Positions 20,973-43,105 of a stretch of DNA of 64,000 bases are shown here, piece after piece (within the stretch, counting starts at the first letter, position 1; each line of letters starts with the position of its first letter). The notes below the pieces were generated by a model that had not been told where the DNA came from, searched no databases, and saw nothing but the letters and a program-made list of their open reading frames with translations. The stretch is from assembly GCA_039096225.1 (NCBI GenBank), contig JBBPEB010000003.1:434001-498000 (forward strand), in the 5' to 3' direction. This DNA is from Blastocystis sp. Blastoise (Eukaryota > Protista > Bigyra: Opalinata). The translations under genes were made by a program, and so were the position numbers.

Positions 20973-21304
20973 ACTAAATATTGTTTGTAATGTATAGTAG
21001 TGATATTATTACTTGTATTGTTTTGTTAATTAACTTGTAAACGATAATTGTTTAATTTATTATCGATGTTGTACGTTTATTCATTATTGTTCTCAAATAG
21101 TTAACTGATCTTTATATATATATATATATAACACTACAAATACAGAAAAAAAAGAGAGTTTTTCACAGAAAATTCATAAAGAGCTGAAAAAAGAACAGAC
21201 AAAAAATGAAGTTGTTTTCAATTAAAAAAAATATACATATATAAAAGATATAGTTATAAATTATGTAAATATATAACTATTTATAAAAATATTAAGAAAA
21301 ATAA

Positions 21305-27812
<6,508 letters not shown>

Positions 27813-29240
27813 GATAGATGATGAGTTAGAGATTAACCCTTTGAAATCTAGTGAATTTTGAATATTAGTTATTAGTTTATGTTATATTACATACATGAAT
27901 ACAGTCGAAAAAAAGTCTTAATAAGTGTTTTTAGAAAGGGAAGATCAATGAAATAACAAAAAAATCATTCAAATGATTTATATTTGACAAAAGGATTCTG
28001 ATTCCATTAGGTTGATGTGATCTTAATTACATGATATACTTTTAAAACAATCATTTTAATTAGAAAGAGTCAAACGAATTTTTATAAAACCGCGGGGAGT
28101 ATTTGTGATTCTTCTCATTTTTTATTATTTTTTAATTCTCGTTCATTTTCTAAAAACTATTTTGTGATCTGATTCTATTCATAGAGTCTATATATTATAC
28201 TGAAATTGCTATAAAGCATAAGATAACTATTTTTGAACTATGTGTTGAATACTATTTTTTAAGAAGATTGTAATTAATCTAAATGTATAGCATCGTAATA
28301 TGTTAAAACTATGTTGGTAATGTTGGGTACATTAGAGTTAAACCAAAAATATTAAATGCATATTGATTCTAGTAGAATATGAAAATTAGTTTTGCATATC
28401 AATAATTCGCAACCAAACAAATGAATTATAAAAAAAAATATAAAAAAATGAACAATTAAAAAAAATATATGATTGAAAGGAATAAATACGAATAAAGAAA
28501 ATATTATTTTTGAAATAATGATTGTTTAAAAATAATATTTAAAAAATAAAGAGCAATATATATATATATCTATATATTAAAAAAAAGTATAATAAAATAT
28601 AAATATGTATATAAAAAGGAAAATTTAATAAAAAAATAGCAATGTAAATAATGAAATTATTACGATTCCATAGTAGACAAATGAAAATGAAAATAATTAT
28701 AATTACATATATATATATCTAGATATAAGAGAATTTAACTATTTATTATGAAACACAAAACGACTTTTAATGTTATAAAAAAATAGTAATAGAAGTAGCT
28801 GTACTATATATATATATATGAGCCAAAAATCTTTAGAGAAAGATATTTGTAAAAAATGAGAATGAAGAAGAATTAATATATATATACATATATATATTCT
28901 TCATAAACAAATATATAAATAAATAAAAAAAATTCTTATGTAAAATAATATATATATATAAACATATATATTAATATAAATAAATTAAAAAAACAAAAAT
29001 ATAGATAAATAAAAAATAAATAAGAAAAAACTATTGAACACTATTTAATAAGTATATATATATATATATAAATCTAACGAAAACTATTCAAAAATATGAT
29101 AAACGAAAATACTATATATAAATATTTTCATATAATTAATTATATAAAAAATAAGTGTTTAATGAATACTATAATAAACTCATAACAAAAAGAATATATA
29201 TATAAATATAAATATAAATATAAATATATATATATATTCT

Positions 29241-29351
29241 TTAGAAATCATCAAAACGAATAGCATAGTTATATATAGTTTCACGTCCAATAGTAGTATC
29301 ATCACCGTGTCCTGGAATAACTTCTGTCTTTGAATCTAAAACCTATATATA

Positions 29352-29441
<90 letters not shown>

Positions 29442-30405
29442 GTGATATAATATATAATAATAATATACAAATATTTTTTGCTTAATTTGCTGTACCATTT
29501 TCTTACCATTTCCTGTTCCTTCTAAACTAGGAACACCAGTCCAACTATATATATATAATATATATATATATATAATATATATATATATAATATATATATA
29601 CTCTGAACGACCAATAGATCCTTTAAAAAGAATGTCTCCAGAACATAATAAATTGATATGTTTAAAATAATAACAAATACCACCAGGAGAATGACCTTCA
29701 ACTTCTAAACATGTTGTTTCTAAGGGTGTATCTTTAAATAATATATCTCCATCTTTTATTAATATATCAGGGTCACTTAAAGTTGGAGCATAAGAACCAA
29801 AACCAAAATCTTCAAATTGAGCATGAATATTTCTCCTATTTATGTAAATAATAATAATATAATTTATAAATATTCTAAAAATAATAATAATAAATAAAAA
29901 GAAATATATATATATATATATACCATAATCCAATTTCTTTTTCTCCTAAATATACTTTAGGCTTTCCAGGAAGATCATTACGGAATTCTTCTGCAAAATG
30001 AATATGATCTGCATGAGCATGAGTAATTAACAGAGCTATGACCTAAATATATATAAATAAAGAATAGTATAATATCAATAAACAATAACTTATTTACAGT
30101 TGGATTTCCATTCTCTTTAAGCATTTTAAGAGCTGGTTCTATATCACCAGAAGCTTCTATGAATTTATATATATTATGTATAAGCAATCAAAAAGTTAGA
30201 AAAAAAACTTTAATGATAATCATAAAAATAGAAAGAAAACAATAGACATACCAACAACAATAGCCTGGTTAGCCTTCTTATCGATAATGACACTTGTATT
30301 GGCATCCATAATCCTGTAAATAATGAATAGTAACAACATAAAAAAAGAAATGTACCCAGAAGGATAATAATTCACATAAATATCATTAGTAGTACCACCA
30401 ATCAT
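29241..30405 (-). CDS. Metallo-beta-lactamase-fold hydrolase (glyoxalase II / YcbL-like)
   Basis: LLITHAHADH, GHSPGG, SGDILFKGSIGR, VIPGHG; GT-AG introns. Confidence 0.85.
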
Positions 30406-31011
30406 AACGAAAAACAATAAAAACAGAAAACTATAAAGTAGCGAACGAATATTGAATAGAAAAATAAAATAAAAGAAGAACAGAGGATTTATGGAAGGAT
30501 TTTGTTCATTTGCTAAGACGAAACTTCAGATTATTTCAGATTGAATCAGTTATTCTTCATAAGGAATATTGTTCTTTTAGAATTTTTATGAATTTTTATT
30601 TGTATTAATGATGGTATACATTCATTTTTATTGAGTAATGAATGCTTTGATACAAGAAAGATGATCTACGTTTTTTAATGAAAAAATTAGTTGTTTTCCA
30701 TATCCATGTGTGATTGTTTTATTGTTTTTTTAGACTGTATTTATTTATACAGCAAGACGCAGCATTAATGATACATATGAACCATGTTTGAGCTATTTAT
30801 CTTTATCAATTGGAGAATCATTTCTTTTTATATTTCAAAAGTTATACGGTACTAAAGGATTACATCTTCAGAATGATATCTTTGATCAAGAAACAAACAC
30901 TTTTTCATGTAAACGAATATCAAAAAACAAACATAAAAACAATTATAATAAAAAAAAAATTAGATTAAATAACTTGAAAAGAATAATTTATTTAATAATA
31001 TATATATATGT

Positions 31012-32112
31012 TTAATGTTTTTTATTATTAAATTTCTTGTTAAAAGGTCTACGCTTAGGTTTATAACTATCATTTGTATTCTTACGTTTACCATTAAATT
31101 TTCTATTAGGTTTTTTACCCCAACGTTTATTAGAATGATCATCATCATCATTATTCTCATCATCTTCTCTTGAAGCTTCTTTTCCTGCAGATTCCAATAA
31201 CTCGGCGTAATCATCAGCAGAAGCAAAACTATACATTTTCAATAATAAATAATTATATATAATGAATAATAATATAATGATAAAATGATGATAATAATAT
31301 AATAATAAAATAAACACATACATAGATTGAACACCTTTCTTCTTTTTATCTGTTTTCTGTTTACTTTCTTCTTCATCACCAAATTCATCTATAAACATGG
31401 ATTTACTAGTCTTTGATTTCTTATTAAACTTCTTCTTCTTCTTATCATTACTATCATTATTATCATCATCATCATTATCATCATCATTATCATCATCATC
31501 ATCATCATCATCATCACTTGATTCTTCAAATACATTATCTTCATTCAAATCATCATTAAATAATTCTTCACCAAAATTAATATCTAAAAAAAAACAATTA
31601 TAATTATTATAATTATTATAATTATTATAATTATTATATATATATATATATCTACCATTTTCATTATCTTCTAAATCAGAAATTTCTTCATTATTATCAT
31701 CAGCTCCTTCTAAAGCATCACCAAACTCATCTAAATACATATCATCTTCATCTTCATCTTCATCTTCTTTATCTTTTTTAATATTCTTTTTCTTCTTCTT
31801 ATCTGTTTCATCATCATCATCATCTTCTTCTTCTTCAATATCAGATAAATCATTATTATTATCATTATCATCATCATCAGAAGACATACTAAAATCAACA
31901 TCTTCATCATCATTATTCTTCATTAATGATTGAGCTAATTTGGTAGCATATTCTTCTTCTTCTTCTTCCTCTTCTAATTTACTCTTCTTTATCTTAGGAC
32001 CTTCACGACGAGCTTTTTCTTTAAAGTATTTATAAAAGAATAAATCATCTTCATTAACATCTTCTTCCTTAAGTTTTAAGAATTTAGGATCATTTAAGGG
32101 TATACTAATAGC

Positions 32113-32166
<54 letters not shown>

Positions 32167-35100
32167 TATATATATATATATAAAACATTTAGAAAACGAT
32201 TCAAAAAAATACTAATAATAATAATATACCAGCTTTAGAGATAATATTTCTACCCATTTTACTAAATCCTCTCTTACGTGCATTATCAATATCTTTCTGT
32301 TTCGGTCTCTTATAACTAAATTTATCTAAGAAGACTCTATTACTAAAATCTTGAATAGGGTCACTATCATAAGTAATATATTGTCCTTGTAATAATATAC
32401 TAGCAAATTTAGCAACAGAAGGATGATAATGATTAGATAAAAGAATAAGTTCATAAGAACGAGTATTAAGACTATTACTATAAGCAGGGTCACGTTTAGT
32501 ACTTGTATATACTATATAGAAAGAATAATAATAATAAATATATATATAATAAATAAATATTAAAATATATATATAATAATAAATATATAATAATAAATAA
32601 ATAATAATAATAAATACACGTAGCAAGAGGTGTCATATCAATATTTTCTTGTTTAATTGTATCAATAACAATTTGTTTTTCTTGAGCTAATTGCATATAT
32701 TTATTCATTTCATCTTCACTTATCTTAATAGACATCTTAGAAGGTTCTTTTATTTCTTTTTTAGGCTTATTCTCTTTTTCAATTTTCTTAGATTTCTTTT
32801 GTTTCTTTACTTTTTTCTCTTTCTTTTCTTCTTTTTCTTTTTCTTCTTCTTCTTCTTCTTCATTATCATTTTCATCACCAAATTCCATAACTTCAACATC
32901 ATCATCAATATCATTTAAGAAATCTTCAGTTATATCTTGAACATCATCATCATCATCATCATCATTTTCATCTTTTTTATTATTAGCATCTATTTCAGAA
33001 GAATTAGAAACACCATCTTTCTTATTATCATCATCCTCACTTTCTTCTTCTTCTTCATCTTCTTCTTCTTCATCATCATCATGTTCACTGTTATTATCAC
33101 TTTCTTCTTCTTCTTCACTATTCTCATCAATATCATTATTATTAGTATCTTTTTCATTATTTAATATATGTTCAATAGGCTTTAAACTAACTTCAGGACG
33201 ACTAATAAAACCGTGGGAATCAAGAGCAACAAGTTGATCTAATCCATTTGATAATTTAGATACTTCTTTACGTTCTTTTAAGGCAGTTGATATAAGATAG
33301 AGAAGACCACAAGCAATATTACTAGGTGTATATAAGCATATACTTTGAATTCTTTTAATTAAAGCATTTAATACTGTTTCATCTTGACAATATTTCATGA
33401 TTTTAAATAATAAATTAAAATATAACATATATTTAGAAGTAGAATTATTTTTTGATTCTATAAATTTAATTAAAGAAGCATACACACAACGATAAAAACG
33501 AGGAAATTCACTTGCTATATATATATATTTAAATATAGTATATAATCTATTTATGAATAAAATTATTATTTATATATATATATATATATATACGGTGTTT
33601 AGTAGTAATAGTATATAATAAAATTAAAGCTTGAATAGAACAACTCCACATTTTATCATATACAACTCTATACATAGAATCTAAATACTCAGTAAATACA
33701 CTTAAAGGACCTATATATATATATATAGAGGTATAGTATATTATGTAATTATTAATAAATATTATAAATATAATAAATATTATAAATATAATAAATAATA
33801 TAAATAAAATAAACATAAAAAATATAATAATAATAATACACATAATAAAAAAATAATAATACATAGAACATAAATATATACTATCAGAGAAAGGAATAGC
33901 TCTGTTAATACCAGTTAATAATGCAGATAATATTTTAGTTCTAGAAGTTTCTAATTCTTTATTATCTTTTTTCTTATTAATATATTTTCGAAGTGCTTTT
34001 TCTCTTTCTTTACCTGATAATTCATTAATCTGTTTCATTGTTTCTTGTTCTTTCTCTTCATCAATAACATATTTCTTAAATATACTTAAGAAAAATAATA
34101 TTTGATCTTCAATAAATTGACCATCTGTTGATATATATTCAATTTGATTTAAGAAAATTAAACCATTATATATTGTCTTTAATGTTATATCATTCCTATA
34201 TATATATAATTTTTATTATTTTGATTCTTTTATAAAATTTATATTTAAATTATGATATTTATATAAATATATATATATAAATATAAATAGTATATAAATA
34301 TTATATAAATATACTTAATAAGAAGAAGTCGAACTTCTTTAGCTACAGTAGGTCTCATAAAGGGATTTTCAGAAAGAAGACGATTTAATAAATATACTAC
34401 ATGACTAGATATCTATATACAATAAATATAAATATAAAAATCTTTAGTATATAAAATATAAAACTATATATATATATTATATTATTATAAAACTACATAA
34501 ATAATAAAAAATAATAAATATAATATAAATAATAAAATTTATAAAAATAATAAAAATAATAAAAATAATAGTAACTAAATACTTGTCTTTCTTTGTCAGC
34601 TAATCTCGTGACTAATGAAGTTAATATAAATTGTTCTTGTTCTGGCTTCTTATTAATTAAATTAAATAAGGATAATAAAGCATTCTTTTTAAAATAAGTC
34701 ATAGGATCATGACTATATTGTACTAATAATTCCAAAAACTATATATATATATATAAAATAATAAATAATAAATAAATAAATAAAATACTTGAGTATATTT
34801 TAATTTGAGTTTATGTTCAAAATAAAAGCTAACAAGATATTTATTATTTACACGGCTATCTGTTAATGGTTCTTCAGAAAAATAAAATAATGTTCTATAT
34901 ATATAATAATAATAATAAATAATTTTTATAATATTAATAAAAAAAATAACATAATAATATATACCTATCAGGTAATAAATATTCAGAGAAAAGAGTTACA
35001 AGGGCATTAATACCAGCTTGAGCTTCTCTCTTACCTTTCTTTTGAGCCATTTCAAATAATGTTTCAATGGTTGATAAGTTATGAATAGGATCTGATTGAA

Positions 35101-35516
35101 TCAGAATACTCATAGCAGATACTTTATCGGAAAGAGTACCATTCTTTATCATATTACGCATGTACTTGAAATCACCAACATCACTTTCACTATATATACA
35201 TAAACATATTCACATCATATATATATTTGAATATCCATATCTAAATTATTAGCATTATAAACACTAATCTAGCTACAAAATCTATTATAAATCTATAAAT
35301 ACTTTTGACGTTTAATAACTTTCTCAGATTCTTGCTTAAATATAGATTCTGCCTATATTTTATATATTAATAAACACATAATTTATTGATATTATTTACT
35401 TTTAATATGGAAGCTGTGACAGTACTTTGAAGATTTGTACTTTTTTTTGTCTCTAAACAAGGTAAAAGCTCGTACCACTTCTTATCTTGTTCGTCTATAT
35501 TTACTGAGGAAGACAT
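31012..35516 (-). CDS. CEBPZ: Ribosome biogenesis factor NOC1/Mak21/CEBPZ
   Basis: GTLSDKVSAM, LLPDR, KKPEQEQ, ALLTGINRAIPF, KRDPAYSN...HYHPSVAKFA, DPIQDFS..FLDKFSYKRPK, FASADDY; acidic C-terminal region. Confidence 0.95.
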
Positions 35517-35796
35517 TAATTCAATATATGAAATATATTATGTTTATTAAAAACAAAGTCACTTTTTGGGTTAATAATAAAATCAAGATTATTTATATAT
35601 TATCTGATAAATGAATGAATCTTTCACGATTATCGGTTTCTCAGCATAAAGAACATATGTGGTTTTTTAGAAAAAGATTTCTAAAATCCAGCCAAAATAG
35701 CCTTATCCCGATAATTATCGCTATTTGATGGTGTGAACAGAAAGAAGATTTGAAATGTATTTATTTTCTTTTAATTTATGATTGAATAGAGTGTAT

Positions 35797-36725
35797 ATGA
35801 CTGAAGAAATGGATTATGAAAAACAATATTATGCATTGTCTGCTAAAATAAAGATACTTCAAGTTGTAAGTGAAGTTTGTTATCACTCTTTCAATCCACT
35901 TATCTTATTTATTATATTAACTTATATAGGATGAAGAGAATCTTTTGATGTCTGTTGTTCAATCAAAAGCTAAAATTGAATCTTTAAGAAATGATATAGG
36001 GTACTTTTTCTTCTTTTTATTTTCTATTATTTATTATATGTTTTTTTTGATATTTTATTCATCTACAACTATGACAATATTTTATTTATTCTGATTTTTA
36101 TATTTATGAACACATCTAATTAGAAATATTATCAATGCAATCATTGAAAAGAAAAAAGTCATCTCTGATCCTAGTCTCTTTCCAGTTAATTCTGAAAATG
36201 TTGAGTCAATGACTCCTGGTACTAATGACACTCTTGACTATGTATGTATATATTATTTGCTCATTTTTATCTATTTTTTTTTTTTTTTGTTGAATTTTTT
36301 TTAATGACTTTATACTATCTGTATATCTCCAATATTATTATTAATTCTATATATATATAGAGATCTCCTTTATCTGAATCAAAAGATCGTAAACGTAAAA
36401 CAAGGAATCAACGTGAACCTGTTTTAAAGAAGCCAAGAAGAGACTATGTATGTATATATAAAAATTATTATTACTATTATTATTATAGTAATATATATAT
36501 ATAGGGAACTAGGGGAAGACGTCAAAATGTATATACTTATTATATCTATTATTATATATAATATATATAGAATGAAGATGATTCAAAATATGCAGAATCT
36601 GAGTCGAAAACAGTATTTTTTAAATTATAATTATTATTTTATTATTATTATTATTATAGGATTTATCAGATAATGAACATAAAAATTTATCTGAAAATGA
36701 ATCTTCTAATAAATTAAGTCAATAA
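35797..36725 (+). CDS. Small nuclear coiled-coil protein, possibly INO80E/Iec3-like
   Basis: Seven exons join in frame. N-terminal DYEKQYYALSAKIKILQVDEENLLMSVVQSKAKIESLRNDI resembles the INO80E coiled coil; basic NLS-like segments. The gene model is solid but the family call is weak. Confidence 0.5.
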
Positions 36726-37369
36726 ATAGAATAATTTATTAGAAATATCATTTTGTATATATCAGAAACTTGCTCATTTTTAATATTTATTTTTTTTATT
36801 TATTTTTTCATCATATTATATATTTTGCTTTATATACTACGATTATTATTTTTAATAGTTTATCCACTCTTCTCTTTTCAATCTATATATATATATGTAT
36901 TGCTTTTTGAATAAAAATTTGCTTTTCATTTTTCCTTTTGTTTTTTTTTTTTTTGTTTTAGTGTCTTTTTTTCTATTTTCTTTATTTATGTTGTTTTTTA
37001 TTTGTTTTTTCTAATTTTTTGTGTTCAAAGTGTGTTGATATACTTTATTCAAATATATAAATGATGTACGCGTTTAACATAATCTTCGCATGTTGCAGAA
37101 TCAGTCAAGTTCATCTATAAACAATATGCTGATTATATCAGTTATATTGTATTCAGTAAATAATTTGCAACAAATATAATATAATAAATAAATATTATCA
37201 ATTCGAACAATAAACAAAAAAAATCTAGTTTTATGTAAAAAAGTAAAAAATATCTAAGATTCAAGCTTTTTCAGTATAAGCTTGAAATAGTTTAAAAAAA
37301 AAAAATTCAATTTAATTTATTTTGATTTTGTTAAAGAGAAAAGAATAAGAAGAATTGTTATAGACGGAA

Positions 37370-38142
37370 ATGGATTCATCAAACTATTACAATATGTTGT
37401 TGGGTCATTTGCGTGTTCTTCGAGATGAGAAATCAAGTGTAGATGAAGTAAGTGTGATATAAATAATTAATTAAGATATTAGAAATTGATATTAAGAATA
37501 TAATGAATATGAATATATATAGATCGATAGGAGTCTTCATGAATTATTGGAGAAGTGTTTTTCGATTCCAAGTAATATGACTGGTTCTGTTGTTACATAT
37601 GTTGTAAATGTGTTACAGAAGTCAAAAATAGATAAAGAAACATCAGTTTATAGTGATATTCGACTGTATATATATTTTTTGTTTTTTTTTTATATTTATT
37701 TTTTTTTATTTATAAATAATAAATATTCTATATATATTTGATATAAATATATAGTACAAGTTATTCAATATTATGTCGATTATTACCAAAGGCAACAATA
37801 GATGATAAAACAATGAAACAAATATTAAATTATTTTTTTTCAGTATATAATATATATAAATAAAATAAAATAAAATAAAATAAATATAGTTATGGAATCA
37901 AGAGACTGAATATTGTGGTATATTATTAGAGAAATGTATAGAGACTTTGACATCTCGATTTGATTTGATTGATCAAGCCTATAGAGAATTATTTTATCAA
38001 TTTACTTTATCCGTATATGCGAATGCTGTTAAAAATGCAAAACGATATTTAAGTGTATATAGATATGTTTATTTAATTCATAATATATATATATATATAG
38101 GATAAAAATTATTTATATTTGATGAGTAAACAGAATTATTCA

Positions 38143-38200
<58 letters not shown>

Positions 38201-38251
38201 GTGTTGCTAATACTACTACTACTACTACTAATAATAATAATAATATCTCAG

Positions 38252-38285
<34 letters not shown>

Positions 38286-41200
38286 AAATACTACTACTAC
38301 TAATACTACTACTACAACTACTACTACTACTAATAATAATAATAATAATAATAATACTACTACTACTACTACTAATAATAATAATAATAATAATACTCCA
38401 ACAAATACTACTCCTTCAAATATATATAATACTTCATCTACTGTATATATAACTATATCTATAAATATATCTATATATATATATAGAATCATTATCCTTT
38501 ATATCCTTTGAATGAATCGTTTAATATTTTAGAGCGTTTATTATTATTATATGTACGTGTAAAAGGAAATTCGAATATTTCACCAATTCATGAGAAATTA
38601 AAGAGTATATAATAATAATATAATAATAATAATAATATATATATAGCTTATTTAACTGCATTGATTGAAAGTCGTTTAGAGAAATATGATTGTGAATATG
38701 AAGAATTATTTAAGAATTATTTATTAATATTAACAAAGAATTTATTTTATTATTGGCGTTATTTTTTAGTATTAGGTCCACCAAATCAGCCTTCCCTTCA
38801 TTTTGAGAATTGTACTCAAGCTGCTTTTAATATACTTTTTGTTTGTCCTGGTGATGATGTATATATTATATAATAAATAATAAATAATAAATAATAAATA
38901 ATAATAAATATAGGTTGATGTTCATGTAGAAGTATATAATTTATTACATACATTATGTGAAAGTAAAGAGACTTTAGAGATTTATAAGAAGAATATATTT
39001 TTATTATGTAATGAGAAATATGGCTTAGGTAGTGATCCCTCAACAAGAGTATTTCTATATAATCGACGAGCAGATTTAATTTCTTATATATTAATGCGAA
39101 TTCTTCCTTTATTATATGCTAATGATATAGATCAATTAGTATTACTTTTTGGAACAGTTCTTGAGAATCATCAAGTACCTATAAGTTGTCTTCTTCTCTA
39201 TTTAAAGATGTTAAGTGTATTTTCAGATGCTATCAGTAATGGTAAGATTAAAGAACGAAATAATGAACAAGATATGGTTAAATCAAGTATTTATTATTAT
39301 TATTCTAATTATTATTATTTTATTATATATATATAGTTGAAATTATTACAGAAATAATGAATATATTAAAGAAGAAAATTCAAAATTATAAAGAATTAAT
39401 TCGATATGTATATAATATAATATAATATATAATATAATAAAATAATAATATAGGATGGAAATATAAAGAAATATATACTAGATGAATATGAGAATGAGAA
39501 GAAAAATGAGAAATTTAATCGTTTTATTCATAATGAAAAGTTGATTCCGACGGGAATTGAATCGAATGAATATGGTATTCGATATACTCCTTTACAATGT
39601 TATATACAATCAGGACAAATAGGTGATATTGTTGTATATAAATATATATTTAATATATATATAAATATATAATATAGATTGAGAATACATCTTCTAGTCT
39701 TCAAAGTTTATTATTTGTTCTTATTAATACAGCTCGATCATGTATTTCATTCTTTATGAAATTTAAAGATTGTATATATATATAATAATAATAATATATA
39801 ATATATAATATATAATAATAATAATAAATAATAAATAATATTTTATAGTAGCAATTGAATCAAAGATTCCATATATATTTATAAATTATATAATAGAGTT
39901 TTGTGAATCCTTTTTTGATTGTGAATCTTTATTAACAATTGATATTATATCTGAAAAAGAAAAAGTATATATATATATTAATAGTATAATATAGTATATA
40001 CTATAATATATAGTTAGATAGTGTATTTAATGTTTTTGCTTCTTTTTTAATGGAATTACCTTCTGAATATATACAACGTCAAGTTTATTCTCATATATTT
40101 CCAAGTTTATATAATACTTTGAAGAAGAATATATTATATTATCAAATAATATATTGTATTTATGATAATAAGAAATATAAACCAATTGTTTTATCTTCTA
40201 TTATTATTGATTTTATATTTAGAAATATGGAAGTATATATTATATTATATTATACTATTATATACTATTATAAATAGAAATTAAATGATCCTAATAGTAT
40301 TGATTATGATGTAATATTTCATTTTATTCGTACATTTACAACATTTATTCGAACAGAAAATAATTATGTTTCTTTATTTAAACCTTATTTACAAGTATAT
40401 ATATATATATATATAATAATAATAAAAATACTTTATAGAGATTAATAATAGAATGTATGCGTCGAATAATAAATACAAAAGATCCTATAGGTTATTATCA
40501 TTTTTTATTTTCATGTTTTCATGCTATTCAATCTCAAGTATTTGAAGATTTACATAAAGATATAACATTATTCTTACAAGAATTATTACAAGAATTACAA
40601 AGATTAGAAGAAGCTAGTCCTGAATCGAAAATGAAAGAAGTTATTTTAGAATTAACAGGACATATACCTGCTACATTACAAAATTTATTACGATTATTAT
40701 ATTTTATGATACAATCAAATTTAATTGGATTAAGAGGACCTGAATCTGTACAAAAAACATGTATATAATAAAAATATAATATTTATATAATAATATATAT
40801 ATAATAATATAATAATAATATATATATAATAATATATTATAGGTCTTCGTAGTTTAGATTTATATATATCTCGTGTACCCCCTGATTATTTATATTCTAT
40901 AATACAGAAAGAGCCTTATAAATCTGAATTAAATCGTTGTATGATGAATATATTACATATTCGTTCTCATCCTCGAAGTACTCAAGCATTAAGTATAATA
41001 GGTACATTAGGAGGAAAGAGTAGAAGTATATTAAAAGGAGATCTTTCATTTTCTTTTTATTCCCAACAAGAACCTGGATTACCTATTTTATTAAAATGGA
41101 ATAGGAATAATAAAGAGAATAATAATAATAATAATAATAATATAGATATAGATATAAATAATAATAATAATAATAATAATAATGATGATGATGAAAATAA

Positions 41201-41500
41201 TAATGAAATATTTTTAATGCCATTAGATATATATATTCAATTTGCTTCAGATATATTAATAAATAATTTATTTGTAGAAGATCCAAAGAATAATGATAAA
41301 CGATTATTTCGAACTACTCGTGTAGATCAAGAGAATTTAGATTCATTACGATATACACGATTATATTATAAAGAACAAGCTTTAATATTTTTAAAGAATA
41401 TTTTTTATTCATTTATGGATACAAGTGAAATGCCTTGTAAAGATATTGCTGATATTCATGGAAATAATAATAAAGAGAATAATAAAGAGAATAATAAAGA

Positions 41501-41531
<31 letters not shown>

Positions 41532-43034
41532 TGTCAAGATGAAAATAAATCAATGTGTAGATTATTATATGGTATATTTATAAGTGGTAGTGATTTTGAA
41601 TTATGTGATAAATCAATGAAAATAATTCAAGATATTATAGAATATTTAGTATTATTATGTGTACAATATGTTTCATTTGATATAGAAAATAATAATAATA
41701 ATAATAATGTTAATAATAATAATGTTAATAATAATAATAATAATAATTCTAATTCTATTCGTAATAAATTAAATAAATATGATATATTTTATATAAAGAC
41801 TCAATATGGTCCTCTTCCTCCTGTTCTTCCTCTTCATCAAACTATTCCTTCTAAACGATTATCTATATATTGTCTTTCAGAAGCTCTTGTTTCTTTATAT
41901 ATTAATTCTCATCCACATATTACTGAAACAGCTAATAAAGTATATAATATATATATATAATAAATATATATAATAATAAATATATATATATATAGATATT
42001 AGAGATGATATTTGATGCTTTAGAAGATATAGCAGGTGATACTTTAACTAGTATTATATATGGTTCTCCTCTTTTAGATGAAATTACTATGAATTTATTA
42101 TATCATGCTAATATAGGAACATGGAGAAATAAAGTATATATTTATATTTAATAATAATTTATAATAATATATATATATTATATAGATAAATGCATGTAGA
42201 GGATGTATATATATATTACGTCGTACTCCTTCTGTTTGGGGAAAACGATATGAATGTTCTATGTTAAGATTATTATTTGATATGATTCGTGTATATATAA
42301 TATAATAATAATATAATAATAATATAATATAATATAATATAATATAATATAATATAATATAATATAATATAATATAATATAATATAATATAATATAATAT
42401 AATATAATATAATATAATATAATATAATATAATATAATATAATAATATAATATAATATAATAATAAATATAGTCTTCTCCTCCTGAATGTAGTTTAGAAG
42501 TTCAAGAAATAAGTTATATAATGATAGATTTATTATTATATAGTTGTCATGATGTCCCACTTCCTTCTTCTATAAGTATAATACAACCACGATATCCAAC
42601 AATATCAGAAGAATTAACTAATATATTAAATGAATTAAGTATTCCAAAAGAAGAAAGAGAGAAAGATCTTCAAGAATTATTAATATATCAATTATTATCA
42701 AAATATAGTATATTACATAGTGTAACAACATCATTTTTAAAGAAATTAATGATATATCAGAAAGAGAATATAGAGAAATGGTTAATAGAAATGGGAGATA
42801 TGATTTTAATACGAAATGAAATAAAATATATACAAGGTTTATCATTTACTCATCAATTATCAGTATTTTATACAATAGAATTTGGATTATTATATCCTTC
42901 AAATAAACCATGGTTTAGTTATACACAGAAATCTGTTATATTTGCATTAAAAACAATTCTTAGTCTTTGTGAACCTAATAGTAATCCTAAATATATACAA
43001 GCTCATTCTTTACTTTCAGATAGTATATATTTTT

Positions 43035-43105
<71 letters not shown>

